DNA from: a virus
Strand: one strand, 5' to 3'
IMG/VR virus record: IMGVR_UViG_3300019755_000002
Location: 14,717 to 78,716 of that record
DNA length: 64,000 nt
Below the pieces are notes generated by a model, which worked only from the letters and a program-made list of their open reading frames with translations, searched no databases and was not told the DNA's origin. A program made the position numbers and the translations under genes. Of the stretch, positions 28,354 to 38,687 are shown one piece after another; positions within the stretch are counted from its first letter, which is position 1; the number at the start of each line of letters is the position of its first letter.

Positions 28354-28950
28354 ATGAGCCATCAACAGATAAATCAAAGCTCAGGTAATGTTGAATACTA
28401 CACCTCTGAAGAACTACTTGTCTTAGTACGAGAAGTGTTGGGAACAATAGACCTCGACCCAGCAAGCTGCTCGTTAGCGAATGAAGTGGTAAAGGCAAAA
28501 AATATTTTTACCAAAGAGAACGACGGCCTAAGTCACTCTTGGTTTGGTAAAGTGTTTATGAACCACCCCTTCCATAAGGGAGAAAAACCGTGTAAGAAAA
28601 ACTGCAAAAAGAAAATTTGCCAACCGAGCAACGACCCTAAAAAACCTACGCGTGGTCATTGTATCGATTATGAAATCCCTGGCAATGCCATCTGGACGAA
28701 TAAACTTGCCGATGAATACTATAAGGGCAATATTGAAGAGGCTATTTGTATAACGTTCTCATCAATGTCTGAAGATTGGATGTGGCCGCTACTTCAAGAA
28801 GTGCAATGCTTCCCGCGCGGTAGAGTACATTATCGAAAGCCTGACGGTACAGTTGACCGACAAGCAACGAAAGGTAGTGTGTTAACTTACTTCGGTAAGA
28901 ATCCTGAGAAGTTCGAGGCCGTTTTCAGTGCTATAGGCAAAGTAAAATAA
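28354..28950 (+). CDS. phage DNA N6-adenine methyltransferase-like protein
   Basis: 'EYYT', 'IDLDPAS', 'DGL..SW.GKVFMNHPF' (NPPF variant). Confidence 0.8.
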   Translation: MSHQQINQSSGNVEYYTSEELLVLVREVLGTIDLDPASCSLANEVVKAKNIFTKENDGLSHSWFGKVFMNHPFHKGEKPCKKNCKKKICQPSNDPKKPTRGHCIDYEIPGNAIWTNKLADEYYKGNIEEAICITFSSMSEDWMWPLLQEVQCFPRGRVHYRKPDGTVDRQATKGSVLTYFGKNPEKFEAVFSAIGKVK

Positions 28951-28951
28951 G

Positions 28952-30259
28952 CTACCAAACTACACCACCATCCTTATCCACTGTTCTAGTGTCAGTAGAA
29001 GAATTGTCTAATTTACGCTCAGGCAGTGGTGAATTTAACAGTTCTTCTATACGTTCACCCCACTTATTATACGCTCGTGCTTGATCTGGAAGATAGGAGT
29101 TTAAATCATAAACATCTTCAACACCTGGGGTAGAGTGCCCCAACATTATCTCGGCAACGTGTGGTAACGTTATCTTTTCGCCCTTAATCTCTTTAGTCCA
29201 GTTGGTTCTAGCGGTTCTACGCAAGTCATGTATCGTCCAGTGAACCATCTTAACATTGAAGTTTTTAAGAATGTACGCATTGATGTTCTTGGGTATGTTT
29301 AAGTGTGACTGACCTTTAGCTTTATCACTAAACTTATCTGGCTTAGTAATGTTCGTAAAAACAAATTCCTTAGACCCACTTAGGGACAGGGCTTGCACGA
29401 TCAAAGGTTTAGAAAACTTAGTAATAGGACGGACAATGGGTAAATCCATAAATTCCCCTGTCTTATGTTCTTCAGGTAATAACGTCCACAGACCAGTATT
29501 AAAATCAAATTGCTTTGGATGTGAATTCGTCAACTCCCCTATTCGACAACCATAGTATAAACATAACAATACCTGTATCTTTGTCTTTGCTGCAGAACGT
29601 CCCAACGTAAGCGCCTTGAGAATATAAATTAACTCATCATCGGACAAAACTCTTTTTCTTTTCTTACGAACAATTTTCAAATCACGTCTAGCACTAAGAT
29701 GTGCTAACGGGTTTTCGTTAACGACACGTTTACTTATACCTCGAAAGTACACTTGTTTTAAAAAGGACAACATCACCCCCGTCATGTACGGTCTAAGCGG
29801 CATGTGTTTTTCAAAAAAATCCATCCAACGAGCGGTGCTTATTTGTGAAGCTGGATAGCCCCCCATTTCAGAAAGTACGTGCTGTTTCGTGGCCTTAACA
29901 TTTCGTGAAGCTTTTTTCTTAACGCCTTCCTGTTCGTACCAATCGAGAAATAAATCACTAAAGGTTGAATATCTACCCTCCCCAAATAAATTTTTTTCTT
30001 GGGTTATTTTTGGATGAACACCCTCAGCGATACCCTCTTTAATTTTGGCGTTTAACTTTCGGGCTTTACTAAGAGAAAGGTCGGGGTAAGTCCCTAAGTC
30101 TAGTCTAGAAGGTTTGCCCCCTTTTGGGTATCTATACCTTAGTTGAAAAACTATTTTCCCTTTTGCCGAGACTCGAACACTTAAGCCATTGCCGTCGCTC
30201 TTTTCATATGTGCGTCCTTTTTTATCAGGTGATTTTAACCAAGTGTCAGTTAAGGCCAC
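28952..30259 (-). CDS. int: tyrosine integrase with N-terminal arm-binding domain
   Basis: 'SDGNGLSVRVS..GK..F.LRYR....LGTYPDLSL..AR'; catalytic 'GCRIGE', 'HDLRRT', 'LGH', 'VY'. Confidence 0.93.
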   Translation of the reverse strand: MALTDTWLKSPDKKGRTYEKSDGNGLSVRVSAKGKIVFQLRYRYPKGGKPSRLDLGTYPDLSLSKARKLNAKIKEGIAEGVHPKITQEKNLFGEGRYSTFSDLFLDWYEQEGVKKKASRNVKATKQHVLSEMGGYPASQISTARWMDFFEKHMPLRPYMTGVMLSFLKQVYFRGISKRVVNENPLAHLSARRDLKIVRKKRKRVLSDDELIYILKALTLGRSAAKTKIQVLLCLYYGCRIGELTNSHPKQFDFNTGLWTLLPEEHKTGEFMDLPIVRPITKFSKPLIVQALSLSGSKEFVFTNITKPDKFSDKAKGQSHLNIPKNINAYILKNFNVKMVHWTIHDLRRTARTNWTKEIKGEKITLPHVAEIMLGHSTPGVEDVYDLNSYLPDQARAYNKWGERIEELLNSPLPERKLDNSSTDTRTVDKDGGVVW

Positions 30260-30277
30260 GTATAGCTCCTAGAGAGA

Positions 30278-30600
30278 AATTGTGTACATATTTTCTCAAT
30301 ATTTCAGTTTAATAGTACCAAGATAAAAATATGTACATGGATATGTACACATATTTGTTGGCTGCAAGTGACCTAGTATGTCTTAATTTGACAGCCTTGA
30401 AAAGCACCTTTAGCCTAAGCCGCATAGATACTAGATTAAAGTTTTGTCCTGATGTGTCTTGATGTGTCGAAACAATACCATAGTCTCCACATGCTTTGTT
30501 TGAGAAAACATATTGCGAACACTTAAGGTATTGAATTAAAAACAAATAATAAAAAGCAATATTTGGAACTTTAAAAATATGTACCTGATTCTGTACACTT
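30278..30600. mobile_element. attP: arm-type repeats around a core homologous to the 3' end of host rlmD/rumA
   Basis: Repeats AAAAATATGTACATGGATATGTACAC (~30325-30350) and AAAAATATGTACCTGATTCTGTACAC (~30573-30598); minus strand 30511-30470 translates as MFSQTKHVETMVLF. Confidence 0.8.
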
Positions 30601-30702
30601 TTCTAAAAGTGTCCCCTGAATCTTGCGTTTAGGTTTAAAACACTTTTCTAATATTACGCTATTTTAAATAGAGAAAAAAGAAAGCTCTTTTTTCTCTACA
30701 TG

Positions 30703-30990
30703 TTATTTTGCTTGATTTCGGATATAAGCTGCCGCAGACGACATTTTAGAGGCGCAAAGGTGATAGCGATTATTGTTCCTAATTGTGACACCCAGCATAT
30801 CCCTAAAATCGTTACTGTTATAAGTTAATAATGGTAAACACTCCGTAGTTATACTACTCGGTGGCTGCACTTGTAACTTTGGAAGACTCAGTTCGGTTGG
30901 GGCTACGGTTATTGATGGAGTCGTTGAGCAACCTAATAGCGTCGTCACTAACAATAGCACACTCAGGTTCAACTTTAATTTTATCAACAT
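30703..30990 (-). CDS. o-spanin (Rz1-like lipoprotein)
   Basis: Lipobox 'LLGC', Pro-rich, overlaps the i-spanin in another frame. Confidence 0.8.
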   Translation of the reverse strand: MLIKLKLNLSVLLLVTTLLGCSTTPSITVAPTELSLPKLQVQPPSSITTECLPLLTYNSNDFRDMLGVTIRNNNRYHLCASKMSSAAAYIRNQAK

Positions 30991-31294
30991 ACTTAATTAT
31001 CTCCTTAGTTATAATTTTAGTTTGAACATCTTGGTTACGCCGAGCTAATTCGTCGGCGTGTATCTGAGCTTGTTTATTTAACGCGTCTTGCATTTCTTTG
31101 TGAGCTATTTTAATTTGCTTAGCTGTGGCCTCCTCAACAGCCTTAGCGCTAGCACTACTCATTTCAGCAATGGCCCTGTTGTAGCCATTACTATCCAAAT
31201 AAGTACCAATGGCAACTAAAGCGGATAAAGCACTAAGAATCGTAAACACCCATTTATAGCCATCAACAAAATCAACTATTTTTGTTACCCACAT
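30854..31294 (-). CDS. i-spanin (Rz-like)
   Basis: N-terminal TM plus coiled coil, 'C.VSDDAIRLLN'. Confidence 0.8.
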   Translation of the reverse strand: MWVTKIVDFVDGYKWVFTILSALSALVAIGTYLDSNGYNRAIAEMSSASAKAVEEATAKQIKIAHKEMQDALNKQAQIHADELARRNQDVQTKIITKEIIKYVDKIKVEPECAIVSDDAIRLLNDSINNRSPNRTESSKVTSAATE

Positions 31295-31297
31295 ATA

Positions 31298-31882
31298 TCA
31301 CTCCAACAGCAAATAAACGTACCATTTATTGATTGTATTCTTAACGTACCCAATAGTTTCTTGGCTGTGATTCCCTGTAATATCGGGTAGACATCTGATT
31401 ATTGGTGCGTAGGGAATAGGCATGCCACAGGCTTTCTGTGAGTTGTGAATATTCCCCGCTCCAGCGTTATAGCTAGCAAGCGCCAACATATACCTGTCAG
31501 CAGAACTTCGTGGACTAGACCAAAATAGAGCCATTTGATTCATATACCTCGCCGCCGCCAGTATGGAGGTTTCAGGCAACCAAAAGTTAACTAACTCAGG
31601 GTATTTACGTTGCATTTCTCTTGCGGTATTGGGCATAAATTGACATAACCCATAAGCACCAACAGGAGACACAGCCCTAGGGTTGAGTCTGCTCTCTTGG
31701 TAGCATTGGGCTTTTAATAACCGCCAATCCGTCCCAACAGGTAAAAAGATAGCCGCATCTTTAAAATGCTTGTCATACTCTTTACTTATTAAGCTAGCCG
31801 ATTGCACAGCCGACGATAATAGCGATAGCAATAAAACGCCCCGAATGATACAGCCCGTTATATAACGCCTTAGATTTAACAT
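31298..31882 (-). CDS. endolysin, SLT lytic transglycosylase with an N-terminal signal-like sequence
   Basis: 'QESRLNPRAVSPVGAYGLCQFMP.TA', 'ALASYNAG', 'ETIGYV'. Confidence 0.9.
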   Translation of the reverse strand: MLNLRRYITGCIIRGVLLLSLLSSAVQSASLISKEYDKHFKDAAIFLPVGTDWRLLKAQCYQESRLNPRAVSPVGAYGLCQFMPNTAREMQRKYPELVNFWLPETSILAAARYMNQMALFWSSPRSSADRYMLALASYNAGAGNIHNSQKACGMPIPYAPIIRCLPDITGNHSQETIGYVKNTINKWYVYLLLE

Positions 31883-32030
31883 CTATATTCTCCTGCCACG
31901 CGGTAAAATGCGTGTCCTTAAAAAAACAATCAAACCAGAACAGCGCCACACGGCACATAATAATACCAAGCAGCGCTAGGGCTAATTTAAATAAACCCGT
32001 GATTAAGACACTTTCTAAACCTAACATCAA
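31794..32030 (-). CDS. holin (2 TM)
   Basis: Two hydrophobic helices, directly upstream of the endolysin. Confidence 0.65.
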   Translation of the reverse strand: MMLGLESVLITGLFKLALALLGIIMCRVALFWFDCFFKDTHFTAWQENIDVKSKALYNGLYHSGRFIAIAIIVGCAIG

Positions 32031-32041
32031 CCTCTCCTTAA

Positions 32042-32455
32042 CTATGTTTGTATTGTAAATAACTTAGCGTTACTCATTGGCCTACGTGGGTGTAAGATCG
32101 TTTCCCCTTCGGGCATAGCTAGACTAAAAACCTTTATTGAAACAGGTACGGCTTGGTTTAGTTTAGTTTTAGTTGACTCCCCCAAGTGCAGTTGTACTCT
32201 TCCACCATCGAAGTACTTTATTTCTTCTGGGCTACTACCAATTTCAACATTATCCATGTAGAGCTTCATACTCGTCGCTTTTATACCACTGACAAAATCG
32301 ATAGGTGTTTCTTGCCACGACTGTAAGCTATGGTTGTATCTTCGTTCCTTAAACACCCATTCTATAATGTCTGAGCTACCTTTAAAGACTGTTTCAACCG
32401 TCAAGTTACACCTCCTTATCTTGCACAATAGGTACAGGAACATTCGCGGCACCAA
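32042..32455 (-). CDS. hypothetical protein (start probably near 32404)
   Basis: ORF track; position in the tail-fibre region; GGAGG precedes TTG near 32404. Confidence 0.5.
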   Translation of the reverse strand: MVPRMFLYLLCKIRRCNLTVETVFKGSSDIIEWVFKERRYNHSLQSWQETPIDFVSGIKATSMKLYMDNVEIGSSPEEIKYFDGGRVQLHLGESTKTKLNQAVPVSIKVFSLAMPEGETILHPRRPMSNAKLFTIQT

Positions 32456-33026
32456 TACTTACGGTATCTTCAACGGCTGCTGAAACCGCTTTATCCGTAG
32501 ATTCATCAACAGCAAGGAGAACTTTTGTACCATTGGTGTAGACCACGGACAGATCATCATATAACTCAAACACACTGCTATCGTCTGGAGATATTTGGAA
32601 GGCATTAGCCTCAAAGGTCAATGTGTCTGACGTATTAGAGATAACTTTAGCGCTTTGTCCTATCCCTGTGCCTGACGCAATATGCACTACTTTACGAATG
32701 TATGTGTCTACAACCCAACCAGCACCAGCTTCAGTAATTGTGCTAGGCGTTCCAGCGGAGGCATTACCCGTATGCCATTTATCACTTTTACCTGTTTTTG
32801 TTAAATCATTTTTACCTGAAATAACTAAGTTAGATAAACCATCAACATCTTGGATAGACATGTCCCCCGCTGTTATCATGTCGTTTGCGATTGCTAAAGA
32901 CCCCGTAATAGTAGAAAAATCGTTAGTACTTCCAAGGTCTTTTACTAAATAAACTTTAGTAATGTTGGCTTTTAAGGTGTTAAGGGCTGCTAAACCCGCG
33001 TCTTCATAGATATAAGGTGTGTTCAT
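32406..33026 (-). CDS. putative virion structural protein
   Basis: Beta-rich; 'V.I.SGTG.GQ...I.SNT' module. Confidence 0.55.
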   Translation of the reverse strand: MNTPYIYEDAGLAALNTLKANITKVYLVKDLGSTNDFSTITGSLAIANDMITAGDMSIQDVDGLSNLVISGKNDLTKTGKSDKWHTGNASAGTPSTITEAGAGWVVDTYIRKVVHIASGTGIGQSAKVISNTSDTLTFEANAFQISPDDSSVFELYDDLSVVYTNGTKVLLAVDESTDKAVSAAVEDTVSIGAANVPVPIVQDKEV

Positions 33027-33030
33027 GTCT

Positions 33031-34437
33031 TTATTCTCTCGTTAAAATATATTGAGGTGTGGTTGAAATCATTCTGTACTGAGATGTAGTTGAATAAAGC
33101 ACGACATTTTCCCAATCTATATATCCAATCGTCGGTAAAGCACCAACATATAATTGTGTCGCTGAAATAAGAAATACTTGTTCAACAGGCGTTGTTGAAA
33201 CGTTAAAATCTTGGTTAATGTTTGACTGCAATATCTGTGTCACATAACCCAGGTTGTGGACGGTAAAAATCTGCTCAATACCTACCACAATATTCCTAAT
33301 ATCAAAGGAATAGGAGATAGGTTCGCAGGTTAACACAGAATCAATCTTGATATTTGCTCTGCTAATGTGTGAGAACTGCTCAATAGGATTTACAGTATAA
33401 ACAGCCTCGGAATTTAACGGTACGGTCTCAATAAACGTTACTTGCTCAATTGCTGTCGTTGTGAACTGTTGTTCAAAGTTAACTGAAAGGGTGTTAATAG
33501 CAATATGTTGTTCAATAAGCTGTGTAGCGTAGTTTTGCTCTTGGTTTATTCTAGCGGTTGAAGCGTATATTGTTTGTTCAATATCCTCAGTGCTATAAAC
33601 TTGGTCAAGTAAGACTTGGTTTTTATCTATTTCAATTGTTTGCTCTATTAATGCAGAACGTAATAGTTGCTTTGTTTCAACAATTGATGGTGAAATATTC
33701 TGATACCATCTAGGTTTGGCAATAACGAATGTTTGTTCCACACCTGAGTCAATTAGTTTAAATAATTGATACGGATTTGCTTCAATCGAGTCTAAGTTTT
33801 CATTCGATGGAATATTATCGTAAACATATACAATAGTTAATGTGGAAGACCAATCACCTAGCTGAACGTAATTTCTAATACTAGCGTCTGAGGAGTAACA
33901 ACTACTATTAACCGGAGCCTCGATGCCGTTGTGGTAGCCGCGCAACGGGAGTCTATCACCTGCTTGTCTAACACTAAATGCTACTGACGTGAATGTGTCG
34001 CTGATGATAGGCATATTACTCATTGAGTAAGAGTTGTAGTTCGATTTAGCTACGGGGTATGTACTTGACCACCTACCATCTGACTTTATCTGAAAATCTG
34101 AGGTCGATTCCGAAGAATTAACCAAAAATCTCAGGTCTTCACCCGATTCGCCGTTAGTTCTCGTATTGAATGAACCAATCATCTGAAAAGTGTTATAGTT
34201 GATATTTGTTAGGTCTATGCCTACATCTGCTAACAAGAACTGAGCGACACCTTTCCAATTGTTCCCGTTACTGTCACTGTTAACCGTAGGAGTACTACCC
34301 GAGACTGTACCTGAAACGACTTCAACAACGTTAGTACCGTCACATATAAACGCGGCAATTACCCCCATCTCAGCTACAAGAGGATTTTCCCAATCGATTT
34401 CGGGTACGATTTCACTCGCTAAAACAATCTCAGGCAT
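33031..34437 (-). CDS. putative tail / receptor-binding protein (lectin-like N-domain plus ~20-aa repeats)
   Basis: N-domain ends 'NPYQLF'; repeated 'IEQ' periodicity in the C-half. Confidence 0.5.
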   Translation of the reverse strand: MPEIVLASEIVPEIDWENPLVAEMGVIAAFICDGTNVVEVVSGTVSGSTPTVNSDSNGNNWKGVAQFLLADVGIDLTNINYNTFQMIGSFNTRTNGESGEDLRFLVNSSESTSDFQIKSDGRWSSTYPVAKSNYNSYSMSNMPIISDTFTSVAFSVRQAGDRLPLRGYHNGIEAPVNSSCYSSDASIRNYVQLGDWSSTLTIVYVYDNIPSNENLDSIEANPYQLFKLIDSGVEQTFVIAKPRWYQNISPSIVETKQLLRSALIEQTIEIDKNQVLLDQVYSTEDIEQTIYASTARINQEQNYATQLIEQHIAINTLSVNFEQQFTTTAIEQVTFIETVPLNSEAVYTVNPIEQFSHISRANIKIDSVLTCEPISYSFDIRNIVVGIEQIFTVHNLGYVTQILQSNINQDFNVSTTPVEQVFLISATQLYVGALPTIGYIDWENVVLYSTTSQYRMISTTPQYILTRE

Positions 34438-34443
34438 AATGAA

Positions 34444-35157
34444 CTAACCGCGATTCGTGCTAGCAATAGCTGTGAAATTACAAACTGCGCTGGGCTTTAC
34501 ATAGAGTTTGTTATAAACACGCATTTTCCTAGAACTTAACTCAATTAACAATCTGTTATTAACAGATGAAACAGCATAAGTTATAGCTCTATCACCATTA
34601 ACTGGCCTGTAATTTAAAAAGTCTTCTGGATCTAGCTTATCTGAACAAACAGACAGAAAGACACTAAAAGCGCAGTCAACATCCGTAGTTATTTCAACAT
34701 CAACGCCTTGGTTCGACGCTGTTTGAATGTACGCTAAAGTCTGTGGGTAGGTACATTCTTGTTTTTCAATAGCTAACAAGGCTTTAGCTGAATCAAACTG
34801 CTCTTGAGTAGCATCCGAAAAAGGGAATGTTGTTGTGTTAGCTTTTGACAAAAGAATAGGCTTTAGCTGGGACAAAGCCGTACTTATATCCGTATCTGCG
34901 GCAATCATACCGTCTAATACAGATATTTGAGCATCACCCGTATCATTACCGATAATAAAATTATAATTCTGCGAATCTAAGAACGCGGCAAGAATATTTT
35001 GATGTGGGTGTGTGTTGTCCGTAGCTATTTCTTTAAAGCGAATATAAACACCTGACAAGGCTAATATGTTATTCATTGTGTCACGATTTATTATTTTACC
35101 CACCGTTTCAGTGTATGCTTGCGCTTCTGCTAACGTATTAAAATCTGATAGTTTCAT
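34444..35157 (-). CDS. hypothetical protein (tail-fibre region)
   Basis: 237-aa ORF in the operon. Confidence 0.6.
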   Translation of the reverse strand: MKLSDFNTLAEAQAYTETVGKIINRDTMNNILALSGVYIRFKEIATDNTHPHQNILAAFLDSQNYNFIIGNDTGDAQISVLDGMIAADTDISTALSQLKPILLSKANTTTFPFSDATQEQFDSAKALLAIEKQECTYPQTLAYIQTASNQGVDVEITTDVDCAFSVFLSVCSDKLDPEDFLNYRPVNGDRAITYAVSSVNNRLLIELSSRKMRVYNKLYVKPSAVCNFTAIASTNRG

Positions 35158-35432
35158 AATGTCTTTTTAACCTCTTTTTTTATTCCATTCTTAAATCGTG
35201 CAAACGCTACGTTTTTAACACCAAGCATTCTTAAAAAGTTTTTAAAATCGTCGTAATCTTGCTTTGTGAACTTAACCTCTTTTTTATTAAGCATAAGTTC
35301 TATGTTGGGTACACCGTCAACGAACGTGATCACGGCACACGCTACGAAATCATCACCATGAACCTTTGTTTTACGTGCGAAAACTTGCTTAAGCTCAAAA
35401 GTCCAATTCCCGATGGTGACGATGATTTTCAT
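35154..35432 (-). CDS. hypothetical protein
   Basis: ATGA overlap with its neighbour. Confidence 0.6.
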   Translation of the reverse strand: MKIIVTIGNWTFELKQVFARKTKVHGDDFVACAVITFVDGVPNIELMLNKKEVKFTKQDYDDFKNFLRMLGVKNVAFARFKNGIKKEVKKTL

Positions 35433-35437
35433 CTTCG

Positions 35438-35839
35438 TTACTCACCCCACACCGTAGAATATTTTTCATCGTTCTCTATGGCTACTCGGCAATGAGAATT
35501 CTGTTTCAGGATTTTTTCAAAACACCAATCGATTACTAATTCCATCTTCAAAGCGATACCATTGCCACGCTTAGCATGATAGCCTACTCGACCACTGACA
35601 TGAGTATCCATGTTGCCGCCAAGAACCGTGTTTGTAGTTTGATCTTGAGCAATGAACATCTGGTAAGCCCAACCTTTAAAATTCAAAGTTACACCTAACA
35701 CCGTAGCGACAGGCTTAATTTTAGATATTAAATAAATAGGCAAAACTACAGGTGACATGACAACAAACAATGTTGACCAGCACACAACTACAATAACCAA
35801 AAACACTAAAGCTACTAACCACTGAGCTATATTTTTCAT
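35438..35839 (-). CDS. conserved phage membrane protein
   Basis: TM N-terminus; 'DQ..N..LGG..D..VSGRVG...ID..F....HC..AIE'. Confidence 0.65.
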   Translation of the reverse strand: MKNIAQWLVALVFLVIVVVCWSTLFVVMSPVVLPIYLISKIKPVATVLGVTLNFKGWAYQMFIAQDQTTNTVLGGNMDTHVSGRVGYHAKRGNGIALKMELVIDWCFEKILKQNSHCRVAIENDEKYSTVWGE

Positions 35840-35847
35840 AAATACTC

Positions 35848-36424
35848 CTACACCAAAAAATCTATATCATCAAATTCGACATGAAACGCTGCTGTTCCAC
35901 CACTTAACCTATCTAGCGCTCGGTTAGTTCGTGCTGCGGTAACTTTATAATTACCACTAATAACAGGTTCACCACCACATGTGAGTACACCATTGACTAT
36001 TGCCCCTGTTAGGTATAATTCCGTGGTGGTTGGTTCATCATCTGCGTATTTAGTAAGCGGTATTTTTACTAATGAGATGTTGATATTTAAATCAGACAAC
36101 GTTAATTCAACTAACGGCGTAAAACCTACTTGAGCATAGTATTTATTGTCTGTGTTAATAACTGGATTAGTTGTCTTATCTGATACAGTTATGCTTGTTA
36201 TTGTTTTAACTGGGGCATTACTTGGTGCAACATAGGCCGTTGTTGTTAGTATTCTCGTTGGGGTTAACTTCGTAGGCGGAACTAAATACCCCTCTTGAAA
36301 TAAGTACCCTATTGGATAATTACCTTCTATCGCTATATGATCATCATAGTTGGCCAGTATAAACGCTTCATCTGCTTCTATAACATTTATAACTTTGTTG
36401 TTTTTTATGAGTGTGTATTGCATA
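35848..36424 (-). CDS. tail fibre-associated protein
   Basis: True start near 36424 (MQYTLIKNNKVINVIEAD) after AGGAG; follows the Gly-rich fibre gene. Confidence 0.6.
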
Positions 36425-36433
36425 TAATATCTC

Positions 36434-37471
36434 CTAAGCTTGTTGTTTAACAAAATTAATAAGTACGTAAGGGGAAAAACTACCACCTTGTTGTCTTCCA
36501 ACATAATCAATACCAACATTAGCGGCATAATGAGGGTTAGGGCTAGAGGCACCAGCACCCAACAAAGATGGTCTACTATCAATTGATGCAAGGTAACCTT
36601 CGGTTTTATCTTCACCATCATTAGATGCACAAGCACCTCCACCAGCACCATGATAGTAGGCGGCACTACCTGTTTGGGTATATCCTGCTCCATCCCCTTG
36701 TATTTTACCGTTTGAAGTTACAGCCCTAGTTGGTACATTTGCAACAGATCCATTCATACCATCAGTACCTGCTATACAAGTAATACCATCATCTACTTCT
36801 TGACCATTCCACAGAACTTTGCCACCGATGCCGCCAACCGCAGGATATGAACCGTGGTCTGCACCTTGACCACCAGCTTCCACAGTAAGTGCACCTAGAA
36901 CTAAAGAGTAACCCTTCGTTAAAATTAGTTCCTGTCCAGGGGTAACGGCTATTTCAAAATCTATAACAGCACCACCTCCACCTCCACCTCCACCAGATTG
37001 TTTGCTGTTAGAAGTACCAGCATAACTAGTACCACTACGACCACCAGCAGCTTGGTATGTAACCTTAATCAAGTAACAATAATCAGGAATGGTTATCGTT
37101 TGACTTGATCCGTATTGCTGAATGTTATCTTCATGCACAGCACGTATACGGCTAGGCATAGTGATAAACCGTAATAGCTGCAAATTGTCTGCACTCAGTA
37201 ACGATGAGTTGTCTACATATACTTGTATATGAGTATCTAAACCATCAAAAGTAGATATACCCATATCATAACCAGCATGTTTAGCGTTCAACAACTCTCT
37301 TAATGTTGCATAACTAACGTTACTGTCATCAAAGCCTTCTGCTTGTGCAGCGGTTATCTCTCCTACTGTTGGAGAAGGTAAAGCTATTACTCGATCAATT
37401 TCTGTTTTAGCACTAGCTGCTAAAGGGGCTAGTTGTCCTGCTGTCAATGTCATTAGATTATGAATCCCCAA
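36434..37471 (-). CDS. glycine-rich tail fibre protein
   Basis: 'SGGGGGGGGA', 'VTPGQ'. Confidence 0.7.
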   Translation of the reverse strand: MGIHNLMTLTAGQLAPLAASAKTEIDRVIALPSPTVGEITAAQAEGFDDSNVSYATLRELLNAKHAGYDMGISTFDGLDTHIQVYVDNSSLLSADNLQLLRFITMPSRIRAVHEDNIQQYGSSQTITIPDYCYLIKVTYQAAGGRSGTSYAGTSNSKQSGGGGGGGGAVIDFEIAVTPGQELILTKGYSLVLGALTVEAGGQGADHGSYPAVGGIGGKVLWNGQEVDDGITCIAGTDGMNGSVANVPTRAVTSNGKIQGDGAGYTQTGSAAYYHGAGGGACASNDGEDKTEGYLASIDSRPSLLGAGASSPNPHYAANVGIDYVGRQQGGSFSPYVLINFVKQQA

Positions 37472-38673
37472 AGTTTACAGTTTAAGTTTGTTCTCATTTT
37501 ATTTAACTCCACGTTCATGAGTGATACATGTGCATCATACTCTGTCTGAGCTACCTTGCTGTTTGCCATACCAGTAGCAGCATCAATAGCAGATTGAAGC
37601 CCAGCAATATCTGCGATGTTTAATACCACAACACCTTGTTTACCATTTACACTTACTACGCTTTCACTATTATCAACCTTGAACCACTTCTCTAAAGTCC
37701 AATTAGTACCATCGTGTGTAGAGTTTTGGCTATCCCATATGATGTTGTCGTTTGGCTCATAATCAACACCATCAATAACACCTGAAACTGTAATCTTGTA
37801 CATTGGGTTACCTTGAGGAACACCGTCTACAATCGATGGAGGGGGTGGCGCTATATTGGCACCAGCATTCCACTGACCTACAAAATATAATGATGCGGTA
37901 ACACTAGACACGGCTGCTTGCGCTGTAGCGGCTGCGGCTTGTGTTTTAGCTAGGTAGTGTTTAAGACTATAAATCCCAGAACTTATTTCGGTATCTACGG
38001 CGGTATCGGATAATGCATAAGCAAGGGCATACACATCCTCAGTCTGAGACTTGAGCATAGTGACATCATTTTTTAGCGTAATGGTGTCGTTCTTAGCTCC
38101 TTCGGCTAGCACTTTGGCTGATAAGGAATCGGTGGCATGATGCAACGAAGATTTATCTGTTGTATTCGTTACGTTCTGGTCATAAGGATTTACAGCATAC
38201 TCTTTAGCTTTTGTTGCATCTAAATTAGCTGAACTAGCACTGGTACTAGCTGATAACTTGTCATCATCAATGTCTTGCTGAAAAGAGGCAACCGTCGTCG
38301 TCAATGTGTCAACATCGTTTTCTAATTGATTGAAGGTATTCACTGCTCCTGTAGCATTCGACGTTATTTGGTCTACAGTCTCAACGACCTCACCCCATTG
38401 CTCGCTAATAGCAACTACTTTTTCCACTGCATCAACTAACCCTTCAATAGTATAGGTGATAACAAAATCTACCCCTGAGACAGTTGCATGTTTCCAATTG
38501 TTACGAAGCTGGATTTCACCAACACTACCACTCATACCCTCAACAGTCATAAACCCATTTAACTCAATGTGACTACCGCTACTAACAAAAGTAGCATCCA
38601 CTCCACCATCTAAGGTCATCGTTTTAGACCCATTCACAAAAGAGGCTGTACCTGTTAAAAAGCCATTTGCCAT
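37453..38673 (-). CDS. tail fibre protein
   Basis: N-terminal 'GTASFVNGSK', Ala-rich shaft, 'VVSVNGKQGVVVL'. Confidence 0.75.
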   Translation of the reverse strand: MANGFLTGTASFVNGSKTMTLDGGVDATFVSSGSHIELNGFMTVEGMSGSVGEIQLRNNWKHATVSGVDFVITYTIEGLVDAVEKVVAISEQWGEVVETVDQITSNATGAVNTFNQLENDVDTLTTTVASFQQDIDDDKLSASTSASSANLDATKAKEYAVNPYDQNVTNTTDKSSLHHATDSLSAKVLAEGAKNDTITLKNDVTMLKSQTEDVYALAYALSDTAVDTEISSGIYSLKHYLAKTQAAAATAQAAVSSVTASLYFVGQWNAGANIAPPPPSIVDGVPQGNPMYKITVSGVIDGVDYEPNDNIIWDSQNSTHDGTNWTLEKWFKVDNSESVVSVNGKQGVVVLNIADIAGLQSAIDAATGMANSKVAQTEYDAHVSLMNVELNKMRTNLNCKLWGFII

Positions 38674-38687
38674 AATTAATTCCTACT

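Noticed and set aside
28952-30259. Integrase as the integron IntI for the attC array
   Set aside because: It has an N-terminal arm-binding domain and its own attP, typical of prophage integrases; no IntI-specific features were recognised
30124-30545. ORFs 30124-30312 (+) and 30309-30545 (-)
   Set aside because: They overlap int or attP, have no RBS or motifs, and the meaningful rlmD-like peptide is in another frame
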